Part shown: piece after piece, positions 1 to 9,323 of the stretch | Numbering within the stretch: the stretch's first letter is position 1 | Layout: the number at the start of each line of letters is the position of its first letter | DNA from: a virus | Lineage: Duplodnaviria; Caudoviricetes | Reading direction: 5' to 3' (one strand) | Virus record (IMG/VR): IMGVR_UViG_3300037466_002533 | Coordinates: 24,763 to 88,762 of that record | Length of the DNA: 64,000 nucleotides | Made by a program: the position numbers and the translations under genes | Notes under the pieces: generated by a model | Databases searched by the model: none | The model's input: the letters and a program-made list of their open reading frames with translations, nothing else | What the model was told of the DNA's origin: nothing

Positions 1-25
1 CCCGCTGCCGAACATCCGGAGCTGC

Positions 26-178
26 TCAGATGGGGGACTTGTCCGGAGGGGTTGGCCGAAGAGGAGTGGGTCCTTCCACCAGGGTTCGCTCATCCGCCGG
101 TTCCTTCGCCTTCTTGGTCCTGCGTGGCTGCCTTACCACCTTCGAATCTTCGACCTTGTTGAACTTTTTGAATCCCAT
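26..178 (-). CDS. Small basic Pro/Lys-rich hypothetical protein (50 aa, MGFKKFNKVEDSK...)
   Basis: Read by hand (below ORF-track cutoff): AGGAGGTGA SD 7 nt before ATG at 178, stop TGA at 26-28; overlaps the primase 3' end. Confidence 0.5.
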   Translation of the reverse strand: MGFKKFNKVEDSKVVRQPRRTKKAKEPADERTLVEGPTPLRPTPPDKSPI

Positions 179-1293
179 TTCCGTTTCACCTCCTCGATCC
201 TGTCCTTGAAGGTGCCGATGACCAGCGCCCCCAGTCTCTTTCCGTCTAACCAGGCGTCCAGATGGGCAGGCTTCGTGAGATCGCCGATGTCCATTCCCTC
301 TGGAGCGTCAACGATGTAGACCTTGCAGAAGTTCTTCAGCCCGTTGTACAGCTTGACGGTCCCGGACCAACCGCTGATGTCGTTGTCCATGACCAATATC
401 ACGGTACCAAATCTTTTAAGCAATTCAACCTGGGTCGGGTTGACCTTTCCAGAGAACGTCCCGACCAGGTTTCCGTATTCCTCGAAACCCTCGTCCACCC
501 AGGTCTCAGCCTTCAATATGGACATCACCGATTCCACCACAACTACCGTATCGAATCCCCGATCGACCACATTGTCGTAATTAAAGAGGGTGGACTCCTT
601 GGGAAACCCCGGCGAGTTGTGATACTTGGGCGGAGGCTCCACGCCTTCGCTGGTGATGAGCATCGGGGTCTGCGGCCAGCGGGGGTCGCTCAGGGCGCGC
701 TTCTGGTACCCGACCAGCTTGCCGCCCCAGAAGTGCGGAATGACGATCTTAACGTCTTCCTGGTCGTACCCCACCTTGTACCGCACGATGGTGTTCTCGG
801 AGATGCCCCGCTCCTCAGTCATGTACGGGTGGATGGCCAGCCACGGCTCCAGGATGAACGTGGAGTAGGTCGGCATGGGGGTCTCGAAGTCGTTGTTGGC
901 CAGGAGCTTACGGACGGTCTCCAGGACGTTCTGGGCGCCGCTGTCCTGCCAGTCCACCGCACCGATGCGGGCCAGCTTGTCCAGGGCCTGGACGCGGTCG
1001 CACCGCTCCATCTCCTGGATGAACCACAGCAGGTCCCCACCACCGCCGGTGAAGCAGTTGTACACCAGCTTCTCGGTGTTGAGGGCCGCCGACGGGGAGC
1101 GGTCGCCGTTGGTGTGGTGCGGATAGACCCTGTCCAGTAGGCACGAGTGGATGATCTCGTCGCCCTTGCGGTAGATGTTCTGTGCACCATAGTGATCCAG
1201 GACCGCATCCGGGTTGACGCGCCGCAGGATAGAGCGGTACATGTCCCTGTTGGTATGTTCCTGTACGGCGCCATACCCGGTCTTGTAGCTCAT
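133..1293 (-). CDS. DnaG-like DNA primase
   Basis: N-terminal Zn-binding-like region (C..HH..D.SPS...NCF), Toprim acidic motifs VVVES and MDND; 4-nt overlap with the helicase gene. Confidence 0.88.
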   Translation of the reverse strand: MSYKTGYGAVQEHTNRDMYRSILRRVNPDAVLDHYGAQNIYRKGDEIIHSCLLDRVYPHHTNGDRSPSAALNTEKLVYNCFTGGGGDLLWFIQEMERCDRVQALDKLARIGAVDWQDSGAQNVLETVRKLLANNDFETPMPTYSTFILEPWLAIHPYMTEERGISENTIVRYKVGYDQEDVKIVIPHFWGGKLVGYQKRALSDPRWPQTPMLITSEGVEPPPKYHNSPGFPKESTLFNYDNVVDRGFDTVVVVESVMSILKAETWVDEGFEEYGNLVGTFSGKVNPTQVELLKRFGTVILVMDNDISGWSGTVKLYNGLKNFCKVYIVDAPEGMDIGDLTKPAHLDAWLDGKRLGALVIGTFKDRIEEVKRKWDSKSSTRSKIRRW

Positions 1294-2546
1294 AAGTCGG
1301 ACTCGGATAGCTCGCGGTCGACACTGATCTCGGTGTAGTTCTTCAGGTGCCAGTTTAGGAGCCAGTGCTTGGGGGCGCCACGGCGATGCTTCATGGTCTG
1401 GAACAGCATGGCATTGTTCACGGCCATCTCTTCGGTCCGGACGATGGCGAAGGCATGGTCGGCCACCTGCTCGATGTTGGACGACAGGCCAATCTTCTCC
1501 AGGGATGCCTTGCCGGACTTGGCCATCTCCCGGTTGAACTGGGCGGCCACGACCACTGACAGGAACTTGGACTCCTCTTCGGACACCTCGGTCTTGATGT
1601 CGTTGGTTATCTCGGCGATGACCTGGTCCCGGCGCTCATGCCGGTTCGTTCTCGGCTGGATGAAGCTGAGCTGGTCCAGCAGCAGATAGTTGGCGCCCCT
1701 CTGGCGGGCCCTGTTGATGATGCTCTGGACCGTGCGCTCCTCCATGGGCGGATGGTCCACGAACAGCGATCCGGTGTCTCCAAGCCACTCCTGGGCCCGT
1801 TTGAGGGCATCCACCTGTTCCTTGTCCAGCTCGCCCCGGGTCAGGGCCGTGTAGGGCACGCCGGATGCCAGGCAGTCGATCCTGTCTTCGATGTCCTTGC
1901 GGGACAGCTCCAGGGTCACCAGATACGGAGTCCATCCGGCCTTCAGTGCGGAGATGGCGGCGTTGGCCAGGAACCAGCTCTTGCCGGTGCCGGTCCATCC
2001 GACGAGGTAGGCCACCTCGGAGGGCAGGATGCCGTAGATGTGGTTGTCGATCTCCGGCAGCCCCAGTGGGGCACCCCGGACGCTGCCGTCGAAGGTGGCC
2101 CGCTCGATGTATCGGTTCAGCCGATCGTCGGCGTTCTCGGACATGTCGGACAGAGAGCGCCGGTTGGTGATGGCCTGGGTGATCTCCCAGGACATCTTGG
2201 ACATCTTCTCCAGGGCCAGCTCTCCCTGGTCCTTGCTCAAGTGGTCGGCCACCGTCTCGATGGCCTCGACCAGGTTGGCATCCCGCCATTGCCTTTTTAT
2301 CGCATCCACCAGCCACGACAGGGTCTCTTTGGGCTTGGTGAACTTGAAGCTGGGGAACTCGTGGTGAATGACGTCGTCGGTCGGCGCAGACTGTCGGTCG
2401 CTATCAAACCAATACTGCAGGGTGAACTCGAATATCGCCCTGTTGATCGGAGACTGGAAGTGCTTAGCCTGCAGGCCTAGATCCCAGGCCTTTTCGATAT
2501 CTTCACTGGTGCCGAGCGACGAGAGGATGTTGTCCTCAAGATTCAA
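1290..2546 (-). CDS. dnaB: DnaB-like replicative helicase
   Basis: Walker A GWTGTGKS, LELS motif, Walker B LLLDQLS, AAQFNR, KHRRG arginine finger. Confidence 0.92.
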   Translation of the reverse strand: MNLEDNILSSLGTSEDIEKAWDLGLQAKHFQSPINRAIFEFTLQYWFDSDRQSAPTDDVIHHEFPSFKFTKPKETLSWLVDAIKRQWRDANLVEAIETVADHLSKDQGELALEKMSKMSWEITQAITNRRSLSDMSENADDRLNRYIERATFDGSVRGAPLGLPEIDNHIYGILPSEVAYLVGWTGTGKSWFLANAAISALKAGWTPYLVTLELSRKDIEDRIDCLASGVPYTALTRGELDKEQVDALKRAQEWLGDTGSLFVDHPPMEERTVQSIINRARQRGANYLLLDQLSFIQPRTNRHERRDQVIAEITNDIKTEVSEEESKFLSVVVAAQFNREMAKSGKASLEKIGLSSNIEQVADHAFAIVRTEEMAVNNAMLFQTMKHRRGAPKHWLLNWHLKNYTEISVDRELSESDL

Positions 2547-2561
2547 GGAGGGACACCTCTC

Positions 2562-3350
2562 TCAGACTATTGGTCGGATGTTTCCTGAGCGCACTTCATC
2601 GAAGGTCCTGGACCGTGCCTTTTGCCGGAAGTCCTTGCCCCTCACTTCTTGAAGGATAGCATTTTCGCTTAGGAGGCTGATCACTGCGGACCCGTACCCC
2701 TGCCGCAACTGATCTTCGCTCATGTTGGTGGTGATGAAGGTGGGCCTGCCGTGCTGGACGCGGGTCCGGAGCAGGAAGTCGAAGGTGGTCTCCGACAGGT
2801 TGGTCTTGGTCTTGTACTCCCGGCCGAGGTCATCCAGGAGCAGCACCTGGGACATGACGACCCGCTGCTGGAAAAGGGTCTTGTCCTCCTTGGACGCCCA
2901 TCCTGCGGTGAACATCTCCATCATCCCGGCGAACGTCGTGGCGAAGCACGAGTACCCCTCGTGCAGAAGCGACTTCAGCAGCAGGTTCATGGCCAGCGTC
3001 TTACCCACGCCGTATTCGCCGGTGAGGATGATGCTGACTCCGGAGCTGATCATGCGCTGATGGTTTTTCAGGTACGCATCGACGGTCCTGCGAAGCTCCG
3101 GATCGCCCTCGTAGTCGTCCCACGATAGGCGCTGGTACAGAACACCTATCCCGGCGTTGAGGTAGTGCTTGTGGTACTGGAGCTGCTGTCGGCAGTCGCA
3201 CTTATGCTCGACTCCCTGCCACTTGTACGTGCCCTCCTTGTTGCAGGTGGGGCAATACTCGTCAGGATCTGGCCGGAGGTCTGGATGTTGCTGGTACAGA
3301 CGGTGTGCATCATCGTCCGACAGGAACCTCTTATCAAGAGGCAAAGGCAT
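2562..3350 (-). CDS. DnaC/IstB-like AAA+ helicase loader
   Basis: N-terminal CxxC...CxC, Walker A GEYGVGKT, Walker B LLLDDLG, TFITTN, GKDFR. Confidence 0.88.
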   Translation of the reverse strand: MPLPLDKRFLSDDDAHRLYQQHPDLRPDPDEYCPTCNKEGTYKWQGVEHKCDCRQQLQYHKHYLNAGIGVLYQRLSWDDYEGDPELRRTVDAYLKNHQRMISSGVSIILTGEYGVGKTLAMNLLLKSLLHEGYSCFATTFAGMMEMFTAGWASKEDKTLFQQRVVMSQVLLLDDLGREYKTKTNLSETTFDFLLRTRVQHGRPTFITTNMSEDQLRQGYGSAVISLLSENAILQEVRGKDFRQKARSRTFDEVRSGNIRPIV

Positions 3351-3735
3351 TGGCGAAGTCCCGGAACGATGCGAAGCTGCTGGTGGCAGACACCCTGGAG
3401 GGCTTGGAGAACGCGATCATGGCCTCGGAGTGTATCTTGTCGGTCCACCACTTGTTGGCGACGCAGAACCAGGCGGTCTGGAATCCCTCGCCGTTCTTCT
3501 GTCCACCATACTGATAGAAGATCCACTTCAGCATTAGTCCGGCGCCCTCCTTGCCGTACATGGTGACCAGACGGCGCATGATGGAGCGATCCTTGCCCTG
3601 CACGAACGCGATGCGGTACCCCAGGGTCTTCTTGGCCATGGCCTGCAGGTAGGGGAGGTAGTCGTCCAGGGCGAACTTATGAACCGGCTTCCCCAGCAAT
3701 CTCTCGCCGTGATCCAGCTCGTTAAAGTCTTCCAT
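3334..3735 (-). CDS. Hypothetical protein (position suggests replication initiator or loader partner)
   Basis: 133-aa ORF with GAGGAGG SD, overlapping the loader start; function inferred from position only. Confidence 0.65.
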   Translation of the reverse strand: MEDFNELDHGERLLGKPVHKFALDDYLPYLQAMAKKTLGYRIAFVQGKDRSIMRRLVTMYGKEGAGLMLKWIFYQYGGQKNGEGFQTAWFCVANKWWTDKIHSEAMIAFSKPSRVSATSSFASFRDFANAFAS

Positions 3736-4135
3736 CGGACCCTCCTCTGTCTAGTGACAAGTATTTACGTGACTTGGAGGCGAATGTGCTCTGATGGTTT
3801 CTCACAATCACCCGATTGTCTTCCAGGAGATCGGCGGTCGTGACGGGAGACTCCTTGATGAAGGAGATGCTGCTGATGGGGATCCAGCAGAACCTGGTGT
3901 CGTATTGCACCAGGCTCAGCCACTCCTCATCGATTCCCGCTGGGAATCCTTCGATCTCACCGGCCGTGGTGACCACGATGATGGCGTACCCTCGCGATGC
4001 CTTGTTCGCCAACATCTTCACGAAGATCGCATCGGCGGGCAACACCAAGGTGTCGGTCTTGGGTGGTGTCACAGTTCGTTCCTCAGTTCCATAGAGATCC
4101 CTGGTCGAGTTTGGCGACCAGGGAATCCAGCTCAT
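3722..4135 (-). CDS. Hypothetical protein with Sm/Hfq-like pattern
   Basis: Helix then I.V....GE.IEG...G.D..WL.L......IP.SSIS.I; true start may be the GTG near 4072. Confidence 0.55.
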   Translation of the reverse strand: MSWIPWSPNSTRDLYGTEERTVTPPKTDTLVLPADAIFVKMLANKASRGYAIIVVTTAGEIEGFPAGIDEEWLSLVQYDTRFCWIPISSISFIKESPVTTADLLEDNRVIVRNHQSTFASKSRKYLSLDRGGSDGRL

Positions 4136-5003
4136 ACCTGGCCAGATACTCTCTGAGGCCGGGCTTGTGGGAGTTTGGGTCCCACACTCCGATCTCGTCG
4201 GGTATCAGATCCAGGAACCTTTCCCCGTCCAGACGGATCATGTCGTAGTTCTGCATGACCAGCTCGGCATAGGGGGCGATCTTGGGTTCTTTCTTGATTA
4301 CCTCGTAAAGGTCGCCGTGAGCCAGGATCATCTTCGTGGCGGTCTTCGGGCCGATGCCCTTGACACCGACCACTCCGTCCCCCGAATCACCCATGAGCGC
4401 CCACATCTTCGGCAATTGCTCTGGAGTGAGTCCGTACTTGTCCTGCACGACCTTCGGCGTGTAGAACACCTCTGGCGTCTTGCCGATCGACGGCCTGTAC
4501 ACCGTCACTGTATCAGAGGCAAGTTGTAAAAGATCGTGATCAGCGGAGACGATGGTTGTCTCTACGCCCTGCGCCTTGTTGACGATGGCGGCAATCAGGT
4601 CGTCGGCCTCAACCCCCTGGGAGTGTATCCAGGTAATGCCGACCAGGTCCAGGAAGTCCTGGAACATGGAGAACTGGGGCTTGGGGTCGAACGGGAAGGG
4701 GCTTTCCTTGCGGTTGGACTTGTACTCGGCCCGGATATCTTGCCGGAACTTGGATCTGCCCCAATCGAAGGTGAAAACGATGCAGCGGCAAGGTACTTCA
4801 CGAAGCAGCTTGCGGAGCGAGTTGATGGAGCCCAGAACCATACTGGTCGGCACACCGTCGGATGTCTGAAGTACCTCTCCGTCGGCCCGGAATCCCATAC
4901 CACCGGCGTTGCGCAGGCAGAAGTTGTTCCCGTCGACCACCAGGAGCGGTACCGGTCTAGCTAGCCTCACCGGGTATGTCCCAGCCGAATTGAGCCAGGC
5001 CAC
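4083..5003 (-). CDS. 5'-3' exonuclease / flap endonuclease (Pol I N-terminal family)
   Basis: LLVVDGNN, FDWGRSKFR, YKSNR, EADDLIA, SADHDLLQL, helix-3-turn-helix ALMGDSGDGVVGVKGIGPKTA. Confidence 0.93.
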   Translation of the reverse strand: MAWLNSAGTYPVRLARPVPLLVVDGNNFCLRNAGGMGFRADGEVLQTSDGVPTSMVLGSINSLRKLLREVPCRCIVFTFDWGRSKFRQDIRAEYKSNRKESPFPFDPKPQFSMFQDFLDLVGITWIHSQGVEADDLIAAIVNKAQGVETTIVSADHDLLQLASDTVTVYRPSIGKTPEVFYTPKVVQDKYGLTPEQLPKMWALMGDSGDGVVGVKGIGPKTATKMILAHGDLYEVIKKEPKIAPYAELVMQNYDMIRLDGERFLDLIPDEIGVWDPNSHKPGLREYLARYELDSLVAKLDQGSLWN

Positions 5004-5220
5004 TCAGGTCGTCCGGAACCTCATCCGGATAGTCGACGTAGGCGCGGATCTCGTGGATGGCCCGGTTGAACCCCTGTGCCCATGCGTACAGGTACAGTTG
5101 GTAGTCTTGCGGGGTCTGCTCCGGTGGAAGGTCCAGCCTGAACTGGGCGCTCGCCAGACTGTCAGCCAGCTTGGTGCAGAACTCTCTGGCTGTCTCGCGG
5201 TCGATCTCTTCGAGGCTCAT
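4957..5220 (-). CDS. Hypothetical protein
   Basis: 87-aa ORF coupled to the upstream gene by a 4-nt overlap. Confidence 0.6.
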   Translation of the reverse strand: MSLEEIDRETAREFCTKLADSLASAQFRLDLPPEQTPQDYQLYLYAWAQGFNRAIHEIRAYVDYPDEVPDDLSGLAQFGWDIPGEAS

Positions 5221-5714
5221 GTTATCTCCATAGCTTTCAGTACCGAATCGAAACCCTCGTCATCGCCCGCGACGGCATAGACCTTGGCCAGGGTTCGTAG
5301 GTATTCGGGGTAGATCTCCCCGCTATCGGTCCACAGAACAGTGGCGGACTGAACTGATCCCAGTCCAGCGATCAGGCGCAGCTCATCGATCGAGGTGACT
5401 CCATCGAGATGAACGGGCTTGGTGAAGTTCTCGTCCTGCAGCAGCCAAAGGCACACCTGCAGCTTGGTGAACTTGAAGTGGTCGCGAGACTCCTGCCAGG
5501 GGAAGGCCTCCGGTATCCGGAAGTGTAAGAATGCCGGAACGACAAGGGTATCCACGTCCGGGTCCTCGTTCAGAGTGCGGAGGTCGACTGCGAATTCTTC
5601 GAAGCTGCCATTGACCCTGGGCTGCGGAAGCGTCTCCAGCCTCTTCAGGTCCTCTTTCCGGTTCCTGACCATCGGCCAATACGAACCGGGATTGTATTTC
5701 ACATACAGCTTCAC
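5217..5714 (-). CDS. Hypothetical protein
   Basis: 165-aa ORF, GGAGG SD, candidate promoter with -10 TATGAT at 5735-5740. Confidence 0.65.
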   Translation of the reverse strand: MKLYVKYNPGSYWPMVRNRKEDLKRLETLPQPRVNGSFEEFAVDLRTLNEDPDVDTLVVPAFLHFRIPEAFPWQESRDHFKFTKLQVCLWLLQDENFTKPVHLDGVTSIDELRLIAGLGSVQSATVLWTDSGEIYPEYLRTLAKVYAVAGDDEGFDSVLKAMEIT

Positions 5715-6277
5715 GCCGCCACCTCCATGGGAGGATCATACACTATCTTTTCCAAGGATTCCCGGAGCTTGCTGCGGGCGCTGGATAGATAGAATGCCAC
5801 CCTGGACTTGGACAGGCCGAATATGGACCCGATCTCGGCCTGTGTTTGTTCGGCCCAGTAGAGCCGGAACACCATTTCCCGTTCGCGGTCATCGTCCAGT
5901 TTGGCCACCGCCTGGCGGACGGCCTCGCGGATGTCGCCGGTCTCCACCATCAACATGTCATGGTCGGTCAACGGCTGGTCGTACTGTTCCGGGGCGACGT
6001 CGATCGATTCTGTCTGGCGTCGGAGGGGATCTATGGAGTTGCCTGGGCGGCGCTCGGATCCGGTCCAGGAACGCCGCTTCACAGCAGTGATGATGGCATT
6101 CTTGACTGAGTTCACGTAATATCCGTGGCCGACATCATGATGGTCGCTATCTATCCTGCATACGACTATACGGGCTTCCTGCATAACATCGTCCCGAATT
6201 GACGGGTCCTTGCACACCTGTGAGGTGAATATCTGAATGAATGGCTCAATGTAGGCCAGACGATCTTCTATGTTCAT
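5711..6277 (-). CDS. ECF-like RNA polymerase sigma factor
   Basis: Region 2-like DDVMQEARI...YVNSVKNAII; region 4 HTH REMVFRLYWAEQTQAEIGSIFGLSKSRVAFYLSSARSKL. Confidence 0.85.
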   Translation of the reverse strand: MNIEDRLAYIEPFIQIFTSQVCKDPSIRDDVMQEARIVVCRIDSDHHDVGHGYYVNSVKNAIITAVKRRSWTGSERRPGNSIDPLRRQTESIDVAPEQYDQPLTDHDMLMVETGDIREAVRQAVAKLDDDREREMVFRLYWAEQTQAEIGSIFGLSKSRVAFYLSSARSKLRESLEKIVYDPPMEVAA

Positions 6278-6297
6278 TTGTGGTTTGGGCTTCTCTT

Positions 6298-6984
6298 TTA
6301 CTCGAATCCATGCTTCTTGCGGTAGGCGGCATCGGTGTATGGCTCCAGCGAGCCGGTGGTCTTGCCGATCAGTTCGAACTTACCGGATCGTACCGCTACA
6401 ACGTACCCGGTCCGCTGCGCCATCCAGGTGGGCAGCGTGTCGATGAGCTTGTGCACCTTGGGCGTGTCGCCCTTGGCCTTGACCACGGCCTGCAGGATCT
6501 CGGCCACCGGCCGGATGACCGGCTGGCGGGGTCGCACCGGCCCCCAGAAGGAGTTCCAGGCGATCTGAGAGGCCGTCTCCCGGATCCAGGGGCATGGTGG
6601 TACCGCAGGCACCGTGAAGGTGCTGGGGGACTGCTGGGCGGCGATCTGGGGCGTTGCAGGGATGGTCTCCGGGGCCACCTGGCGCCAGTCGAACTCGGAG
6701 TTGGAAAAGTCCCCCGGACGCATGAAGTAGCGCACCGTGGTGGTGAGCTGCACCACCGCGAAACAGATCCGATCCGGGGTCAGGTTGTTGTGGCACTGGT
6801 AGGTGACCGTCTCGCCCCACTGGTTGTCAGGCTTGACGCGGATCGGCGTCATGAGGCGGTGACACACCGGACACTGGACCTCCTTGGCCCAGTCTGGCAG
6901 GGCCTTCTTCAGGTCCTCCACGGTCAGGGAGGGCTTCCCAGCCTTCTCCATGCGGGTCGGCGGGAGCTTCAATTTCCTACTCAC
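6298..6984 (-). CDS. Hypothetical protein with N-terminal Zn-ribbon-like Cys motif
   Basis: CPVC...CH...C; Pro-rich linker. Confidence 0.6.
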   Translation of the reverse strand: MSRKLKLPPTRMEKAGKPSLTVEDLKKALPDWAKEVQCPVCHRLMTPIRVKPDNQWGETVTYQCHNNLTPDRICFAVVQLTTTVRYFMRPGDFSNSEFDWRQVAPETIPATPQIAAQQSPSTFTVPAVPPCPWIRETASQIAWNSFWGPVRPRQPVIRPVAEILQAVVKAKGDTPKVHKLIDTLPTWMAQRTGYVVAVRSGKFELIGKTTGSLEPYTDAAYRKKHGFE

Positions 6985-7549
6985 CAGGATTCATCCCCAA
7001 GATGTCTTCGACAAACTCACCGATATGGTCACTGGCCTCATCGACATCCGAGCTGACCGGTACGGCCATATACCGGTCGGCCACCTCATTCCAGGCCTCG
7101 GCCGGAGTCTTGGCCGATGGGTCGGGCATGAAGAAAAGCATCGGCTTATATCTTCGCACATATTCTTTCAAAAGATATTCCAGCAGATGGACCTGATGGG
7201 CGAACATCATGCCATAGGAGTGAACGGGCAGTTCAGCGGCATCGTTTTCCAGATGGATCCTCTGCATCGTAGCCATCCGAGCCTTGGCCAGAGCCAGGGA
7301 CGCATACAGGGAGTCCTGGACGACCTCCAGGGCGTTCTCATCCTTCCGGTGCTCAACCTCGTTCTCTAGCTGGACGAAGGGCCAGGTGGGGGCACCGAAC
7401 ACCGTCGGAAGCTCCAGGTCGCGCCGCAGGTACAGACCAGCGGACTGCTCCAGGACCTCGATGACATACGCATGCACGATCTTGCAGACCTCGCCGACTG
7501 CGTCCTGGTCACTTCCGAAAAGGACGATGGTCCTGGCCAATTTACTCAC
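6977..7549 (-). CDS. Hypothetical protein
   Basis: 190-aa ORF, translationally coupled on both sides. Confidence 0.65.
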   Translation of the reverse strand: MSKLARTIVLFGSDQDAVGEVCKIVHAYVIEVLEQSAGLYLRRDLELPTVFGAPTWPFVQLENEVEHRKDENALEVVQDSLYASLALAKARMATMQRIHLENDAAELPVHSYGMMFAHQVHLLEYLLKEYVRRYKPMLFFMPDPSAKTPAEAWNEVADRYMAVPVSSDVDEASDHIGEFVEDILGMNPGE

Positions 7550-7857
7550 CTCTCCCTGCCGGGCATGAAAGCAGATATCCGGCGAGTGACTTTCTCGTAA
7601 TGATCGGGATCTATCTTACCGAATCTCTTTAGAGAGTCAGCCATGGCCTGGGTGGTAGTCAGAGAATACCGGTGCCGAGGTCGGGCGGTGTCGGCGTGAT
7701 CGATCCGGGTGGGTTCTATCCTGGTGCCGTCCGGCCACCGCAGGTTGCCGTTCAGAGAGTGCAGGTACACCCACTGCTTGGTGCGCCCGAAGAACAGACC
7801 CACCTCCTGCAAGGACAGGAGGCGGGTCCGGGGCACTCCCCTCTTCAGGTTGCTCAC
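7546..7857 (-). CDS. HTH DNA-binding protein (excisionase/MerR-like)
   Basis: LLSLQEVGLFFGRTKQWVY helix-turn-helix and a later RHRYS wing; GTG start at 7857 overlaps the upstream TGA (track ORF 7546-8286 is over-extended). Confidence 0.7.
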   Translation of the reverse strand: MSNLKRGVPRTRLLSLQEVGLFFGRTKQWVYLHSLNGNLRWPDGTRIEPTRIDHADTARPRHRYSLTTTQAMADSLKRFGKIDPDHYEKVTRRISAFMPGRER

Positions 7858-8561
7858 TTCTGCTTCGGGACGTCCCGCACGACCAGCCGGGTGGTCTTCG
7901 GGGCGCCGGGGACGATAGCCTCGCGTACCTGCTCGATCAGCTCCGGGTTGCGGGCCAGGAACGCGGTCAGCCGGTCCTCGTTCAGGACCTCCTCGGTGCG
8001 GGCCGGGATGACCTGCCGGGGGATCTTGACGGTGTCGAAGACCTGCTTGGCCTGGTCGCCCAGGGCCTCCTTCAGAGTATCGGTGTCGAAGGTGGGGTCC
8101 TGCCGACCGCCGCCCTCGCGGGCGAACTTGCGGCCCTGGGTCTCGACCACGATCTCGCCCGGCTGAAGCTCGGGGTCCTCGACACCGGCCAGCTCGTTGG
8201 TCAGGGTCAGGGAGCCGAACACCATCTCCTTGACGCGGTCCTTGCGAGCCTTGATTGCGACCTCGGCCTCGGTGATGGCCGTCCACTCCTCCATGAGGAG
8301 AGCGGCCTGGGTCTTGTCCAGAACGACCGGCTCGTTGGCGTCGAAGACCGCGAACACGTCGGGCACGGCCTCGAAGATCTCGCGCAGCTTGTCGCGCTGG
8401 TCCTGGCTGAGGTGGTGCTTCTTCCAGGACTCCAGGCGGGCCTTCTTGGTGGCGGTGGGCTCGGCGCCCTGGTCGACGCGGGCCTTGGCCAGCTCACGCA
8501 TGAGCTGGGACAGGTCCAGGGTGGGGGCGGTGTCGGGGGTGGTTGCCAGGGTGGCGGTCAC
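7854..8561 (-). CDS. Hypothetical coiled-coil protein
   Basis: GAAGGAG SD before GTG at 8561; phage-like codon use. Confidence 0.7.
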   Translation of the reverse strand: MTATLATTPDTAPTLDLSQLMRELAKARVDQGAEPTATKKARLESWKKHHLSQDQRDKLREIFEAVPDVFAVFDANEPVVLDKTQAALLMEEWTAITEAEVAIKARKDRVKEMVFGSLTLTNELAGVEDPELQPGEIVVETQGRKFAREGGGRQDPTFDTDTLKEALGDQAKQVFDTVKIPRQVIPARTEEVLNEDRLTAFLARNPELIEQVREAIVPGAPKTTRLVVRDVPKQK

Positions 8562-8630
8562 GTTGTGCTCCTTCGGGGACTCGGGGTTGATCATGAGAAG
8601 ATTTTATCCTGGGGGTCCGACAGTGGTCGG

Positions 8631-8939
8631 TTAGGGCGCTACCACGTCGAACGCGAGCCCCTGCCGCGTGCGGAACGACTTGATCGGCACCATGGCCTTG
8701 GCGACCTGATCCGACGTGAGCTGGTGGCGGGCGCCGTTGCGCTCCTGACGCTGGGCCTCCTGGATCAGGGTCATGAGCTTGGACGCGGCCTTCGCAGGAG
8801 CCTGCCAGTACGGCCAGCCGTCGCTGTTGGCGTTGACGGCATCGCGCAGGTTCGACAGCGTCACGCACGCCGAAGACAGCACGGTGTCGTACTCGAACTG
8901 ATCCAGTGCCTCATCGATCTCGTACTCGTTCATCCACAT
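8631..8939 (-). CDS. Hypothetical protein
   Basis: 102 aa, GGAGG SD, promoter -10 TATACT at 8975-8980. Confidence 0.7.
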   Translation of the reverse strand: MWMNEYEIDEALDQFEYDTVLSSACVTLSNLRDAVNANSDGWPYWQAPAKAASKLMTLIQEAQRQERNGARHQLTSDQVAKAMVPIKSFRTRQGLAFDVVAP

Positions 8940-8974
8940 GACCTGTGACCTCCTGTGGTGGGCTGAGTACCTCT

Positions 8975-9084
8975 AGTATACCACACCCAAAAAGATAATC
9001 ACCCGACGGATAGCCTGCGGATCTGCCACGGCCACCCTGCGAATCTACCACGGCTGGACTCCTAAAAGATAGATGTGATATACT
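8975..9084. promoter_or_regulatory. Divergent SigA-like promoter pair with tandem 19-bp direct repeat
   Basis: Leftward TGG-TATACT (8975-8980); rightward TGGACT-18-TATACT (9055-9084); repeats 9014-9032 and 9036-9054; AAAAGATA in both spacers. Confidence 0.7.
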
Positions 9085-9128
9085 GGTGCCGAGGATCACC
9101 CCTTCGAGCACCTGGAGTGTGCGCCGTG

Positions 9129-9323
9129 ATGATGCCGGACATCGACAAACTGATCGCCTTCGAGTCGGGCGAGCTGGATCAGGACGCGACCGTGGAGCTG
9201 TTCCAGGACCTGGTCAACAGCGGGCTGGTGTGGAGCCTGCAGGGCTTCTACGGCCGGACGGCGAACGACCTGATCGACGCGGGGCTGGTGACGCTCCCGC
9301 AGAGTGAGGAGGATGAGGGATGA
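9129..9323 (+). CDS. Small phage hypothetical protein
   Basis: MMPDIDKLIAFESGEL...WSLQGFYGRTANDLIDAG; first gene after the rightward promoter. Confidence 0.7.
   Translation: MMPDIDKLIAFESGELDQDATVELFQDLVNSGLVWSLQGFYGRTANDLIDAGLVTLPQSEEDEG

Noticed and set aside
5217-5714. Degenerate TGT/DpdA-like TIM barrel (PVHLDG motif)
   Set aside because: Too short, catalytic Asp motifs not recognisable, and no deazaguanine pathway genes in the window
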